Positions 62,961 through 64,000 of a stretch of 64,000 bases of DNA are shown here, piece by piece (within the stretch, counting starts at the first letter, position 1; each line of letters opens with the position of its first letter). Below the pieces are notes generated by a model, which saw only the letters and a list, made by a program, of their open reading frames with translations, was not told the origin of the DNA and did not search any database. Both the position numbers and the translations under genes were made by a program. Origin of the DNA: Eledone cirrhosa (lineage: Eukaryota); the NCBI GenBank assembly GCA_964016885.1, contig OZ024744.1, positions 89,838,001-89,902,000 on the forward strand, written 5' to 3'.

Positions 62961-63755
62961 CCAACAGAATGGCCCGGCGTTGCTCGGGATTTGCTATAGG
63001 GTTCTTATATATTTGATATATATTTATCCTTATCGAACCTCGTGAAATAAATACGTTTGTTTATATTTTGTTATTGTGTATGCAAAAATATCTGTCCATA
63101 AATATATAATTATATATATATATATATATTAAAATAACAGACTAAAGTTTAAGCAAAGAATCACTGCTTTCACCCTTAACGGGATATTCTACCTAAAAGC
63201 AGTATGCAGTACACTAAGACTAATTGATGTAATCTTTGGCCTTGTTTGTTTATATTTTGTTTTTGTGTATGCAAAAATATCTGTACACGAATATCTATAT
63301 TAAAATAACATATTAATGTTTAAGCAAAGAATCGCTGCTTTCAACCTCAACGGGATCTTCTTAAACTAAAAAAAATCAATCTGGAAAACAGGAAGACGAT
63401 ACTTTGGTTCGTGAAGACGTTCCCTGGCATAAGAATATATATACACACACACACACTGATCGCGTCATAATGACGTAATGCAGACAGTCAGGCATACAGA
63501 CAGATATTATGAAGGCGCGACGTCATATCTATGTATCTATCTAAAAAGAGAAAGACTAAGAGAAAGAGAAAGAGAAAGAGATCGCTAAATCGCCTAATCC
63601 GGTCCCTAGGGCATTGAAAATTTGAAAAAATTTTTGCTCAAAACACTTCCGGGGTCATACGAGTTACGTGTATAAAGTTTGAAAAAAACCGGTTGGGTAC
63701 TTCTCGAGTTTTAGGTAAACAGCCACACAGACATCCTCTGTTTTATATATATAGA
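62961..63755 (-). mobile_element. Non-autonomous Helitron-like element
   Basis: Minus strand starts TCtatatatataaa and ends with hairpin cccgagcaacgccggg plus a degenerate CTAG (ttgg). Internal duplication ~63056-63190 / 63245-63358. Confidence 0.6.
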
Positions 63756-63792
63756 CTAGCAGAAAACCATACGAGGGGCAGTTTTCTGCTAC

Positions 63793-64000
63793 TCTATATA
63801 TCTAAAACAGAGAATGTCTGTCTGTCTATCAGCTCACTAAAACTTGAGAACCATCCAACCGATTGTTTTCAAACTTTAGACATGTAATACTTATGGTCCT
63901 GTGAGTGTTTTGAGCAAAAATTATTTCAAATTTTCAATGCCCTAGGGACCGCATTAGGCGATTTAGCGTTCTCTCTATATAATTCTTAGTCTTTCTTTTT
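63793..64000 (+). mobile_element. Second Helitron-like copy, head-to-head with the first, cut by the window end
   Basis: Starts TCtatatatctaaaacagag; inverted homology to 63543-63755. Confidence 0.6.

Overview
A eukaryotic window made almost entirely of retroelements; no host gene can be supported. An octopod cephalopod source is inferred only from recalled similarity of the tRNA-derived SINE. Contents: several Penelope-like elements (one intact ~860-aa RT + GIY-YIG ORF; others decayed or carrying inverted pseudo-LTRs), about a dozen hammerhead or hammerhead-like motifs including two retrozyme-like non-coding units, R4/Dong-like LINEs with a restriction-like endonuclease, a stack of L1/Tx1-like LINEs, RTE LINEs and short RTE derivatives, SINEs and non-autonomous Helitrons. 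Each family sits in its own microsatellite: (TA)n, (CATA)n, (TATC)n or (TTA)n. Most notable: (1) in all four Tx1-like copies ORF2 lies between a 5' splice-donor consensus at the ORF1 stop and a TAG|G acceptor at the ORF2 stop, so ORF2 could be a removable intron; (2) a 483-bp tandem hammerhead repeat predicts a circular RNA; (3) two RTE halves in opposite orientation join almost codon-to-codon, implying a ~13-kb inversion. All calls were made by eye with no searches; element boundaries are approximate.
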